From: Alphaproteobacteria bacterium bin98
GTDB lineage: Bacteria > Pseudomonadota > Alphaproteobacteria > Bin98
Length of the DNA stretch: 64,000 nt
NCBI GenBank assembly: GCA_002238905.1
Contig: MPNG01000001.1
Location: 12,599-76,598 of the forward strand
Direction of reading: 5' to 3'
Each line of letters starts with the position of its first letter. Positions within the stretch are counted from its first letter, which is position 1. The notes beneath the pieces are model-generated. The model was not told where the DNA came from, made no database searches, and was given only the letters and a program-made list of their open reading frames with translations. Shown here piece by piece: positions 7,585 to 17,413 of this stretch. The position numbers and the translations under genes are program-made.

Positions 7585-9696
7585 CTAGGCATGCAGTCGC
7601 GGCTCAATTTCCATTGCTTTGCGCCTCACTTCTTCTATTGCTTTGCGCCTCACTTCTCCTATTGATTGGCGCCTTTCGCGCCTCACTCCCCTTTCTTTTT
7701 GAATCATTTCTTCCATTTCTTTTTGAATTATTTTTTCCATTGCTTTAGCTCGAACGACTCTTATTTCTTTCATTTCTTTTTTCATATCTCGAGCAAGAAG
7801 AAACAGTGGACGGTTCTCCACAAAGGGTAAGAAATGGTCTATGTCTTCACCTCTTATATTTCTTAAAGTTTTTTTAGATTTACATAAATTGAGTATATAA
7901 TTATGGCTACGATTTGCATCTGTAAGAATCTCTCTCACAGTTTTTGCCCTGACCTCTTTTGCAGGCCACCTGACCTTGGGGGTGAAATCAGCTACAGGTA
8001 GTGCAAAAAGGTCTTGAAAGTCCAAAAATAATAGATAACCTTTTCTTAATATTGAATTTCTATAGTGTGAGTGTTCTGGACACGCCAAGGCACGCTCCAC
8101 AAGAGGCCTCGCTCTTTTTCTAAAAGGTTCTATTCTTTCCTCCATTTCTGAAGAAACGGAAGATGGTAAACACATTATGCGAGTCAAACTATCAATATCC
8201 AAACAAGGGTCCAAAAACGCTAGCGGTATTCCAGACATGATACACACGGCCTCTGCCTCATAATCCTGCTCATCAATGTACAACTTAAACATCTGTTTTT
8301 CAGAAATAGCGTCTGTATTATACAGAACACGGATACTCCTTAATTTTTCTTTTAAATTTTCCCCACTCCATTCATCACAGCAAAGACCAGAATGCATATC
8401 ATATAAGATTTTTGCATAAACAACTAATTGCATATTTAAAGCTTTATTCTCCCCTTCCCCTTGCATTAATGAGATACATTCTTTTTCCAAAACAGCCGAA
8501 GAAGGCAATCCTTGAGCCCTTTGTTTTCTTTGATTATAAGTATATACCATGATACCTAGAAGATCCTTTCTTGTTGAAAGTTTTTTCATACAGTCTTTTT
8601 GGAGCGGCCAATCCACAAAATTTAATGGAGAGAGTTTACCTTCATATTCTTTTATAAATAGATCCTTTACACGGAGCTTTATTTTTGCAAGAGCATCTTG
8701 CACATTTGGATCTTCTTCACATTTTCTCAAGTATGCAAAACCTCTCTTCTGGATGTCTGCCCCTTCTCTGAGAAACAATTCATAATTTGTATCTATGCAG
8801 CGATCTTTAGAAAATGATATTTTAGCTGCCATCGAACACACAACACTTGCATCTATAAAACCATCCACAGGAACCTTGAGGTGTAAGTGTTCGAGCGGAT
8901 GATCCATAAAACCTTCCATACATTCACTAACATAGTGCAAACCCTGTTCATGCAACATCCAAAAAAGAATATCTTTAATATGTTCAAAACAACCTCCATC
9001 TTTTTTCAGCCTTAAAGCTTCATTCCATAGTGGTCGAAATTCCTCCAAAGCTATAGCAAAAAATTTTGCAAAAGGCCCTTTTGTTATAGCATCTTGCTCC
9101 AACTGATGCAGAGCCATATCATGATGCAGAATCACAGATCCAAGGCCTTCATAAGCATCATGTACTACCACAGGAGTATTCAAATCTTTTGGTACACTCA
9201 AAAGATATTTATATTTATCGCAAAGCATTAATGTCAGAAAATCTTCCTCCGAGAATCCACCATTCTCAGTCATAACAAACACAAACTCTCTTTCTGCGAC
9301 TCTCCTCAAGCCTTCTAACTCTGCTTCATCTACAATAATTCTCAGCGCCATACAGTCACGGTAGTGTAAAGAAAGTGTAAACCTCAAAAAATCTTTAGGT
9401 ATTTTCCGCAATGATCGAGTGAAAAGTTCTTGTATACTAGCGTGGTAAACGCTACCTAATCCACAGTTCAATTCAAATGCATAGGGACTCTTCTTATATA
9501 AATCAGATTCAAGCATATCCGCTATTTTTGACATAGGGATGAATCTTTTTTCCAGTTCATTCATCGCTTCCACAAGGAAAGGTAATTTTTTCCTCTGAGC
9601 TACACTCCATTGTGGCCAGATAGCCTCACAGGATGATTCTTGGCTTGAAATTGCGCCATGCGCGCAGCAAAAAGTAAATAATAATATAAGTATCAT
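7585..9696 (-). CDS. large orphan secreted protein carrying the family leader but not the family core
   Basis: 726-aa track ORF. Leader MILILLFTFCCAHGAISS begins at internal ATG 9696. The ~650-aa body has no domain I recognise. The tail is a K/E/R-rich repeat: KEMEEMIQKERGVRRERRQSIGEVRRKAIEEVRRKAMEIE. Confidence 0.8.
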   Translation of the reverse strand: MILILLFTFCCAHGAISSQESSCEAIWPQWSVAQRKKLPFLVEAMNELEKRFIPMSKIADMLESDLYKKSPYAFELNCGLGSVYHASIQELFTRSLRKIPKDFLRFTLSLHYRDCMALRIIVDEAELEGLRRVAEREFVFVMTENGGFSEEDFLTLMLCDKYKYLLSVPKDLNTPVVVHDAYEGLGSVILHHDMALHQLEQDAITKGPFAKFFAIALEEFRPLWNEALRLKKDGGCFEHIKDILFWMLHEQGLHYVSECMEGFMDHPLEHLHLKVPVDGFIDASVVCSMAAKISFSKDRCIDTNYELFLREGADIQKRGFAYLRKCEEDPNVQDALAKIKLRVKDLFIKEYEGKLSPLNFVDWPLQKDCMKKLSTRKDLLGIMVYTYNQRKQRAQGLPSSAVLEKECISLMQGEGENKALNMQLVVYAKILYDMHSGLCCDEWSGENLKEKLRSIRVLYNTDAISEKQMFKLYIDEQDYEAEAVCIMSGIPLAFLDPCLDIDSLTRIMCLPSSVSSEMEERIEPFRKRARPLVERALACPEHSHYRNSILRKGYLLFLDFQDLFALPVADFTPKVRWPAKEVRAKTVREILTDANRSHNYILNLCKSKKTLRNIRGEDIDHFLPFVENRPLFLLARDMKKEMKEIRVVRAKAMEKIIQKEMEEMIQKERGVRRERRQSIGEVRRKAIEEVRRKAMEIEPRLHA
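7613..7745 (-). repeat. in-frame 24-bp tandem repeats encoding the basic C-terminal tail of CDS 7585..9696
   Basis: attgctttgcgcctcacttct.ct occurs twice in tandem, followed by a degenerate third copy. Then ttctttttgaat.atttcttcca / tttctttttgaattattttttcca. Confidence 0.7.
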
Positions 9697-9948
9697 ATTC
9701 TTGTTGAAGAGTAGCATATTTGCATTACAAATGAAAATCCCAGTGTCTGCAATTATTGAGAACAAACAAGAGCTATTAAATGGATTTTTTGGATTAGTCT
9801 TCGTTTTTATTCAGCATGAAGTCAACATGCTTAAATGCAGGATCTACTCGGCAGAATGATACTGCAAGCGGAATAGTGTAAGATGCAAAACTCTAGTGAC
9901 ACTGCTTATTTAAAGAGATATATTAAATACGTGAATAAAGAGATATTT

Positions 9949-11094
9949 ATGCCATTACTGTTATTATTTATAATTTGTTTGCAGGCTTATGGATCTGAAG
10001 GAGCCTGCGATGATGATGGTGATCCATGCGAAGATATCGTAAAATTTTTTGCGCAAAAGCGTATATCTTGTCTAAGCGAATTTGATGAGGGTTGTCGTGA
10101 TTTCCGAAGCTTTGCGAAACTAAAGATGAGTCTTGATGAATGGATGACCTTTGCGAAACCAGTGCTCACGATAGTGGATGCAGCCTACAAGAGACAGCAT
10201 CCCAATCTCTCTGAAGAGATGTTTGCAAAAAAGAGAGAGGATATTATCCAACTTGCTAAGCAAGGATTCTTTCCTCTTTCGATAGAGAAATTCTGCCTTT
10301 TCTTTCATGAGTTAAAGGTAGAGTTTAAGAGAGATTTGCAGGATTTGAGAGATTTGCAATTGCTGCATCAGACACTTTTGAGAGAGAAAGAGTTGGGGCA
10401 TTTGATAGATTTTATAAATATTCCACAAGAAAGAGCCAAAATTGAGAACAAAAACATACATTTATTCTTTTCCTTGTTAGAATCTTTATATCATTTCTGT
10501 CGAAAATCAAAAACAGGTGCAAATAGTGCTTATTGGCTGCAACTGGGCACATGGGAAAGCAATCAAAGAAAATTTGATCCATACAGAAGCAAGATTTTAA
10601 GAATTTTTGACCCAAAAACAACAGATGTTTTAGAGGTCTTAAAGAAAAGAGGCTTCTGCTTTAGTAGGTGTACTCTTTATCCTCAAAGCTTTGTACAACC
10701 AAAGATGAGCATGAATGAATGGATGACGTTTGCGCAACCAATAGTAGAGATCCTGCTATCAGCCTATAGGAAAATGTATCGTGGTAGTGCTGCAGAGATA
10801 TCTCAACAAAGTCTGTTGATTGCCCAATCTGCGAAGCAAGGATTTTTTAGACTTGATCTAGAAACCTACTTTCTATCTTTGCATCAATTAAAGATAGACT
10901 ATGAGAAAGATTTTCTACAAGAAGAAAGAGCAACACTCGAGGATGTACACATACACTCGCTTCGTTCCTTGTTAGAATCTTTATATGCTTTTTGTCTGCA
11001 TCAAAAAGTGGGTGCCGAGGAATCATATAGCGCTTGTTGGAAGAAACCTATTCAAAGAAAAGAGGCGAGAATGCATGCTGCAGTATTAGTGTGA
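9949..11094 (+). CDS. two-module family protein (leader + two tandem family cores)
   Basis: The track ORF starts at 9883. Leader MPLLLLFIICLQAYGSEG starts at ATG 9949. Module 1: MSLDEWMTFAKPVLTIV..KRQHPNLSEEM..FPLSIEKFCLFFHELK..FFSLLESLYHFCRKSKTG. Module 2: MSMNEWMTFAQPIVEIL..FRLDLETYFLSLHQLK..LRSLLESLYAFCLHQKVG. Confidence 0.85.
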   Translation: MPLLLLFIICLQAYGSEGACDDDGDPCEDIVKFFAQKRISCLSEFDEGCRDFRSFAKLKMSLDEWMTFAKPVLTIVDAAYKRQHPNLSEEMFAKKREDIIQLAKQGFFPLSIEKFCLFFHELKVEFKRDLQDLRDLQLLHQTLLREKELGHLIDFINIPQERAKIENKNIHLFFSLLESLYHFCRKSKTGANSAYWLQLGTWESNQRKFDPYRSKILRIFDPKTTDVLEVLKKRGFCFSRCTLYPQSFVQPKMSMNEWMTFAQPIVEILLSAYRKMYRGSAAEISQQSLLIAQSAKQGFFRLDLETYFLSLHQLKIDYEKDFLQEERATLEDVHIHSLRSLLESLYAFCLHQKVGAEESYSACWKKPIQRKEARMHAAVLV

Positions 11095-11377
11095 AAAATG
11101 ATACATTGAAAAGAACCTCCTTTGTCAAAAGCAAGCATTATCTCAGCATATGCAAGACAAAAGATTATGTAGGGTTGATCTTAATCTTCAAACGATACGT
11201 GCAAATTTTACAAATTATCATAACATTACAATATATTACAATTTGCGATCAAACTATATTATTGCAAAAAGATTTTGTGCTAGCGAGATATAAGGATCGC
11301 TATATTAATCTTGCATTTCTGAGCCTCAAAATGTACAATGGGGCAGTAATCTAATCACAATTGAATCAGGATACCCT

Positions 11378-12193
11378 ATGCATTTTATATTATTATACTT
11401 AATCGCTACATACACATATAGCGCGCAAGCACCAGAGATAGATCCGGCCAACGCAACCCAATGGTTGAGGACGAAGGCCGGGCAAAGTAAACTATCTACT
11501 TTACAACAGAGGTTGAAGTGTTCCGGAGAAGGATGGTCCAGCACTGGCCAATGGTTGAGAACGAAGGCCGGGCAAAATATCCTATCTGATTTAAACAACG
11601 CGTTAAGATCAGATATTGGTTATGATTGTTTCACTTTAAGTCAAGTAGCGGATGAGATAACTAGGATGATGCGCTTAGACGATTACCATAAGAAATCAGC
11701 TAATCTGAAACAGGCTTACAAAAGATCACGAGACTCTTACTCAACACACTGCTATACAGAATCCTATCAAAGTGCTCGTCAAGCACAAAAGGACATCGAT
11801 AGCTCAAAGGCCACACTTGCCAAGACGCATCAAGAGTACATACCGCCTAGCTTGGAAGCTAAGGTTGCCGATCCCGATAGTGAATTCCATAAGATGAGTA
11901 TAGAGCTCCTCAATGCGCTTTTAAAGGACGCAAATGCAGAGGCAGACAATCCAAAACTGTACACCGATCAGCTCAGTCCTATGGGTATTGAACCCCTATC
12001 TGATTTTCCAGTTTTAGCGATACATAGAGATCTTTTAGAGACTATTAGGTATCTCTGTGAACAACAACAACATATGGCTGAAACCAGCTATCGTAATTGG
12101 TATAAGGAAAGAACATCAGATGAACAGATGGCGTTTCGTAGCTCATTATCACATCCGGCTGAACGCGCGAAACTTCTGTGCCCCATAAATTAA
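11378..12193 (+). CDS. leader + family C-motif secreted protein (subfamily G)
   Basis: Leader MHFILLYLIATYTYSAQAPE. Internal direct repeat QWLRTKAGQ x2. C motif LLETIRYLCEQQQHMAETSYRNWY. Confidence 0.8.
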   Translation: MHFILLYLIATYTYSAQAPEIDPANATQWLRTKAGQSKLSTLQQRLKCSGEGWSSTGQWLRTKAGQNILSDLNNALRSDIGYDCFTLSQVADEITRMMRLDDYHKKSANLKQAYKRSRDSYSTHCYTESYQSARQAQKDIDSSKATLAKTHQEYIPPSLEAKVADPDSEFHKMSIELLNALLKDANAEADNPKLYTDQLSPMGIEPLSDFPVLAIHRDLLETIRYLCEQQQHMAETSYRNWYKERTSDEQMAFRSSLSHPAERAKLLCPIN

Positions 12194-12205
12194 AAAATCC
12201 AAATA

Positions 12206-12238
12206 GGGCGTAGTCAAAGTTATCTTTGACTACAGCCC
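12206..12238 (+). terminator. hairpin 3' of CDS 11378..12193 (candidate intrinsic terminator)
   Basis: gggcgtagtcaaag-ttat-ctttgactacagccc, followed by a T-rich stretch. A degenerate copy of the same box follows the decayed paralog at ~15790. Confidence 0.5.
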
Positions 12239-12546
12239 ACATAGAAATTTTCTTTATAGCAAAGCTGTTTTTTAGAATAAATCTCGAACAATCTTTGCCT
12301 CGATAGTTAAAAACTCATCCGCAATCTCTAGAAGATAGCCACTTATCTTACTATGAGATACCATGAACTCACATTCTTTTATGAATTATGCGGAAGAATA
12401 AGCGTGGAAGCAAATAAAACGCAATAATATTAACATTCGCAAACTCTAAAAAAGTATCTCTACGGAATAGTATAAATTATCATTTTAGGCATCGATGCTA
12501 TCAAAATGTATAAGTAAAAAAATCTCATCACCCCTTCTCAGAAAGA

Positions 12547-13132
12547 TTACCGCTCACTCTCACGGACAGCCTGTTTTGTTTCTGTATGGCTATTTGGCAA
12601 AATGCGAACATTACATAAAAGTTTTAAGACCAAGTCGCCCAAAACCAAGCGTTCCGGCATGGATCTGGCAATGGATCCACCATTACAGAGAATCTTTAAA
12701 GAGACGAAGAGTTGTTGCAACACCTTTCGGGCTTCCCTTACTGCTGGATTATCTGCGTCAAAACTAGAGTATCTTATATACTGTAATTTTTCATATTCTT
12801 TCTGGATATCTAGACCATTTTCTTGAAGGCAGCAAGCTATATCTGGTTCAAGGCCGCACTCCCTATTTACTTTGCTAAAAACTTCCATCACCGCATCTCC
12901 ATACTGAAACAGTGTGCTCTTTGTCACAGGATTGTCTGTTTGTTTTTTGAAAGTCGCAATCGCACCTAAGAGCGTATCTTTGTACGGCAGGGTGGCTTGT
13001 TGAGCTGCTTCCCAATTTTTTAATTCTTCAGGACTCTGCATTAATTGCGGCACAGTTGCTTTTTGCGACGACTGCTTCTTTAGTGGCTCCGTGAGTGCAG
13101 GAAAAAATTAAAAATAATAATACGAACTTCAT
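12547..13132 (-). pseudogene. frameshifted subfamily H gene (leader and body in different frames)
   Basis: The leader ORF from ATG 13132 (MKFVLLFLIFSCTHGATKEAVVAKS...) stops at TGA after 34 codons. The body ORF 12547..13053 (...LKNWEAAQQATLPYKDTLLGAIATFKK...LFVSLKILCNGG) is in another frame (13132-13053=79). Paralogs 18278 and 35077 are continuous. Confidence 0.7.
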
Positions 13133-13440
13133 ATATCTACATCCTTTATATTACACTATCTATTAAATCACAGCATAATTTTGTGCTTTGCAAGACTCTA
13201 TTCTACCGGATTTTTCTCTATCTAACACACCTCCTTTTTCAGGGCATTGCAGTTTATTTTGTTGCTGGCACCCCTCTTTGCTTCTAAAATATTTTCTTCT
13301 ACCCATCCCCTCTCTATGAGCATGCACAGCCATGATGATTGATATAATGATCGATCATTCTCTATATTAAATCCTCTTATTATCTTATGCAATTTTTTGC
13401 ACAAGATGAAACAGCAATCACATGATTCAAGAGTCTTTTT

Positions 13441-14406
13441 CTATATCAAAATCAAAAAAGACAGCTGCTCTCTAAAGGCTCTCAATGCTTGACCATACGA
13501 GGCATTATTCGAACAAAAACCTTGCAAAGATGATAATAATTGAGAACATAAGATTATTCCCCATCTTTGATTCCATTCTCTGACCTCAATGCTAGCGCGA
13601 GATATTGCTACTTTTTTGAATTCAGAAAAAATATAAAAGAACGATTCTAGATCAAGTTTGGAAGTGTCGATATGTCTGAGGAAATTTTGCAGATTAAGCG
13701 GCTCAAGAGAAACGTCGATGTACAGTGTCTTTTCAGAAGTAAGTGACTTATTTTTCCAGAATTCCATCGCATCATCAGACATTACTCTTTTGGTCTCTAG
13801 ATCAAGAGGATATATGACGCTTCCTTCAGCATTAAAAGTAAGGGAGTCGAGAATAAAAAATCGCCTGGCACATATCTTTGTAGCAGTAAGATCAAGTATC
13901 TGCTGAGAAGTAAGTGCATGGTGTTTTGTGATCAATAATTTTTCGATAGAATCCGTTACTTTTTTTATCAAATTATATATTTGACTAAATGACAAACAGG
14001 AATAATCCAGATCTCTGGAAAGGAAGTAGGCATTTATCAAAGATTTTTTTTGTGCCTTTAATAAGAGGTCAGTTGGCTCTGACTCATCACCGGAGGCTCT
14101 TTGTAAAGCGCTATAACCATCTTCAGCATCGGCGAAAATGGCATTCTCTACTTTCCTCATGATCCTTTCCACAGCTGTGCTTATGCTCATTCTCCTGAAG
14201 CTTTCTATCACATATTGACCTCTATCGGAGGCACTTTGTGAATCGATATCCGCATCCTCATCATCAGGCAAAATAGTATTTATGGTCATGATCAAGAACC
14301 TTAACCTCCAATCACTATCATGATCGGAGGCACTGTTCGAAGCGCTATGCGCATCTAAAAAAATGAATAATAATATTAGAAATATCACAAAACTCCTATT
14401 TATCAT
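13441..14406 (-). CDS. leader + LLSS-FC family secreted protein (subfamily B)
   Basis: The track ORF runs to 14433. Leader MINRSFVIFLILLFIFLDAHSAS starts at ATG 14406. Motifs KHHALTSQQILDLTATKI, LDLESFFYIFSEFKK, LLSSLQGFCSNNASYG. Confidence 0.85.
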   Translation of the reverse strand: MINRSFVIFLILLFIFLDAHSASNSASDHDSDWRLRFLIMTINTILPDDEDADIDSQSASDRGQYVIESFRRMSISTAVERIMRKVENAIFADAEDGYSALQRASGDESEPTDLLLKAQKKSLINAYFLSRDLDYSCLSFSQIYNLIKKVTDSIEKLLITKHHALTSQQILDLTATKICARRFFILDSLTFNAEGSVIYPLDLETKRVMSDDAMEFWKNKSLTSEKTLYIDVSLEPLNLQNFLRHIDTSKLDLESFFYIFSEFKKVAISRASIEVREWNQRWGIILCSQLLSSLQGFCSNNASYGQALRAFREQLSFLILI

Positions 14407-14689
14407 CTTATATGATTTTTTTTTAATAAACAAGCGTCGTATGGACTCTCATCACATAAGCTCAAACAAGCGGATAGAAGACAATAGTAAGCGCTTACAT
14501 ATTTTTGAGCCCTGCTCACTACTAGTACGACGTTGTGGATCAGGCCAATATTTTGCATTCAAAAAAGCAAAAGCATGCATGAAAAACATATGTACCTGCC
14601 AGTACACTCCACACGTTCTTTATTGCCTTTTTTTACAACACAATTCTTGATACAATGCTATTATTACACTATTTACTAAAGGGTATACT

Positions 14690-15463
14690 ATGACATCAAT
14701 AATATTGTTATTTTTAATGTCTTTTTCACAGGCAGATGCGGCTATGCCCGAAACTCTTACTGATGGAATGCAAAAAATGTGCTTACATGATTATGGAGCT
14801 GTTCAGCAGAGCGACTATGCAGAATTTCGGAAAGCAGTACTCTTAAAAGACTCAAAACTCAAAGAAGACAGTTGGCATACAGCTCAAGCATATATTGCTC
14901 AACATCTCAGTGAAATTCGCGAGTTCATCGATGTAGAACCTTCGGAGTATAATTATCACACTCTATTAACATTACGGGATATTTTTTCTGATTTCAGCCC
15001 ATATGTTAATGAAATCCAAAAGCAGCACCAAACTTCCGAAAATCTGCTGACATCCATGATGAACAGCCAGCATATCTCTCACAAAAGATCTATGGAAAGT
15101 ATGTGTCAAAGGGGTGAAGCATCTCTATTGCATATATTTCCAGCGGAGATTTCGGAGGAAGAGTGGATGATTGTTTTAAATCCTAAACTGGAAGGCTTTA
15201 TTCTTGATGCAGCCACCATATATACACTTTTAATAGAAGCGATAGAAGAGATAGATGCACTAACAGAGAATAGGTTGTTTAAGATCTTTGAAACCAAATT
15301 AGATCAATGCAGAAATACCAATATCTATGTACATCTCGTAAAAGTTTGCAAACATCTCTGTGACAACCAACCACAGATGTGCTACGAGGCATATGATCAC
15401 TTTTATCTTCTTAAAGAACAACAGAAAGACTGGCTGCGAGAGCCAGTCTTTAGCATAATCTAG
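14690..15463 (+). CDS. leader + family C-motif secreted protein (subfamily I)
   Basis: Leader MTSIILLFLMSFSQADAA. C motif VHLVKVCKHLCDNQPQMCYEAYDHFYLL. Paralog of 31501..32073. Confidence 0.8.
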   Translation: MTSIILLFLMSFSQADAAMPETLTDGMQKMCLHDYGAVQQSDYAEFRKAVLLKDSKLKEDSWHTAQAYIAQHLSEIREFIDVEPSEYNYHTLLTLRDIFSDFSPYVNEIQKQHQTSENLLTSMMNSQHISHKRSMESMCQRGEASLLHIFPAEISEEEWMIVLNPKLEGFILDAATIYTLLIEAIEEIDALTENRLFKIFETKLDQCRNTNIYVHLVKVCKHLCDNQPQMCYEAYDHFYLLKEQQKDWLREPVFSII

Positions 15464-15481
15464 ATTTGATTATGCTAAAGT

Positions 15482-15718
15482 ATGCATCTCCTCAATGCGT
15501 TTTTAACTAACGCAGAGGCAAAGGTGTGGAGTTACACACTTTACCCCCCCAACCACTCTCCTGAAGCTACCGAACTATTGTGCGAATTTGAAGTTTTGGC
15601 GATACATACAGATCTGATAGAGACTATCAAGCATCTATGTGCAAACCAAGTGCATCAGGCTTTTCGCAGCTATTGTGTTTGGTATGAGAACAGAACGCCA
15701 ACGAAACAGATTAAGTAG
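15482..15718 (+). pseudogene. C-terminal stub of a subfamily G gene
   Basis: FEVLAIHTDLIETIKHLCANQVHQAFRSYCVWY parallels FPVLAIHRDLLETIRYLCEQQQHMAETSYRNWY of 11378..12193. There is no leader. The tail (..AEELAQLLCPIA) is in another frame. The same 3' hairpin box follows. Confidence 0.65.
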
Positions 15719-16246
15719 CGTAACAGCTTAAATGCAGAAGAGCTTGCGCAGCTTCTGTGCCCGATTGCCTGAAAGAAAAGAAGTGATCCAAATAGGGCGT
15801 ATCAGAGCTATCTTTGACACGCCCACTTGAAACGCATCGTGGTACAAAATCTGTTTTTCAGAATAAAGTTAGCACAATTGCTGGATCAAACGTACACGTG
15901 GCTATATATATGATGTTGTTAAACTGATGCATTGCTGTCATGCTGTTCAGCGCGAAGTGGCAAAAACAACATGGTGATCTAACGCCCGCGATGAGAGCTA
16001 CTGTATGCGGTATTTCCGTACGCTGACTGCCACATCATATAGTTTAGATCAGCATTTGATTGAGAATTATGGAAGTCACAATCGTTAAAAGGCATGACGA
16101 AGTCTATAGCTCATATTATTGAGTCTTTCGCGCGCAAGCTTGCAAAATAGTGATGGATTGAGTAGAAAGTCCTTCGCTGCTTCCGAACAGGTAAAAAATA
16201 ATAATATCAATACTCTTAAGTGAAATATACCGTCAGTAAGATCGAA

Positions 16247-17104
16247 TTAGTCCATAAGGAGTGGGGCTTGGGATGGCATCCTTAGTGTGCAGTGAGTCAA
16301 TTTTCCCTTCCACAATAGTTTGAAGCAATTCCATTTTTCTTTCCACAAATTATATTGTTTCACAGCTTCCTCTAAACTATATTGTTTTGAAGCTCCCTTT
16401 TCCTCTCTCTCTGCCTCTTGATTTGTTCGACAAAAATTATCTACAGAGCATAGAAGGGTCTGACAGCACTCTCCGAATAAAGTCATCCCCGCAGCATTCA
16501 TTGCAAGCATTGTTGTCCATTCTGATGGTTGAAAAGCAGTTTCACACAATTGACAAAACGCGGCATGAAAGACGGGTAGATCAAGATTGTGAACAGTGGG
16601 CGTGTATTTTTCGTGCGCACAAAATGCTTTTTCATCAAAAATATGCCCCTTACCTCTATCTAGGAGCAATTTTATTGATAGTGTCCAATCTCTTAATTGA
16701 TTTAAATCTTGCACTTTCTCATATTGTTTCGACGCAAAAGCACTTAAAATCTCTTGTTTATACTCGTCAAGAACTCTTTCAGCACTTGTCTTCTTTTTTT
16801 GAGGTGACTGATTAGGACTAGTGTCATTTGTCTGAGGTTTACAGCAATCAAGAGGCATAGCTTGCGGACCAGCACCTCTGTCTCGATAGTCTGCATTCAA
16901 CTGACGAATAATAGGACCAAATGCATCAGGCGAAGGACCACCTGGTGCATGCAATTCACCAATCAAGGTAGCAAACATTCGAGTATACGCAGGATTGATT
17001 GCATGAGCCTGATAAATAAGATTAAGATCCTCTTCACCTGCTCCATATATCTGGAAAACAACAAAAAACAATACTATAAACATAACTGAATTCTTCACAA
17101 ACAT
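16247..17104 (-). CDS. leader + LLSS-FC family secreted protein with P/G/Q-rich linker
   Basis: Leader MFVKNSVMFIVLFFVVFQIYGAGEED. Motifs HNLDLPVFHAAFCQLCE, LLCSVDNFCRTNQEAE...YNLW. Confidence 0.8.
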   Translation of the reverse strand: MFVKNSVMFIVLFFVVFQIYGAGEEDLNLIYQAHAINPAYTRMFATLIGELHAPGGPSPDAFGPIIRQLNADYRDRGAGPQAMPLDCCKPQTNDTSPNQSPQKKKTSAERVLDEYKQEILSAFASKQYEKVQDLNQLRDWTLSIKLLLDRGKGHIFDEKAFCAHEKYTPTVHNLDLPVFHAAFCQLCETAFQPSEWTTMLAMNAAGMTLFGECCQTLLCSVDNFCRTNQEAEREEKGASKQYSLEEAVKQYNLWKEKWNCFKLLWKGKLTHCTLRMPSQAPLLMD

Positions 17105-17413
17105 ATTGTAAATGATATTATAGAAAATTACTACTTTTTCGCACGCAAGAGAGTTTTTTTTTCAAATCAAAATAATTGGTAGCAAAAGCCTTCAGATCTA
17201 TAGGAGAGTTGACGTGTTTTGTATCATTAAAAGCAACGGATTCTATGATAAAAAAGTTGGAACGCATCTTTGTATAAGTAAGACCAAGTATCTGCGCTTA
17301 GTATGATGAGAGTCAATCAGAAGAGCTATCCAAATTTTCTGTGGCTTACAAGATAAGCAAAAAATGCTATAGTCACACAGAGTGATAAGCAAATTGACAT
17401 CAATATTACATTG

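Noticed and set aside
7356-7748. A 130-aa plus-strand ORF bridging the 3' ends of two convergent genes.
   Set aside because: Its second half is antisense to the repeat tail of 7585..9696. I only note that its frame is the +1 frame after the A9 tract of 6859..7407 (see the homopolymer finding).
12495-12767. Plus-strand ORFs at 12495..12767 and 35037..35303 that share a motif (..ATPFGLPLL.. / ..SMPFGLPLL..).
   Set aside because: The similarity is the antisense shadow of the conserved subfamily H coding sequence on the minus strand (LKRLFLSLKI..). It is not evidence for separate genes.
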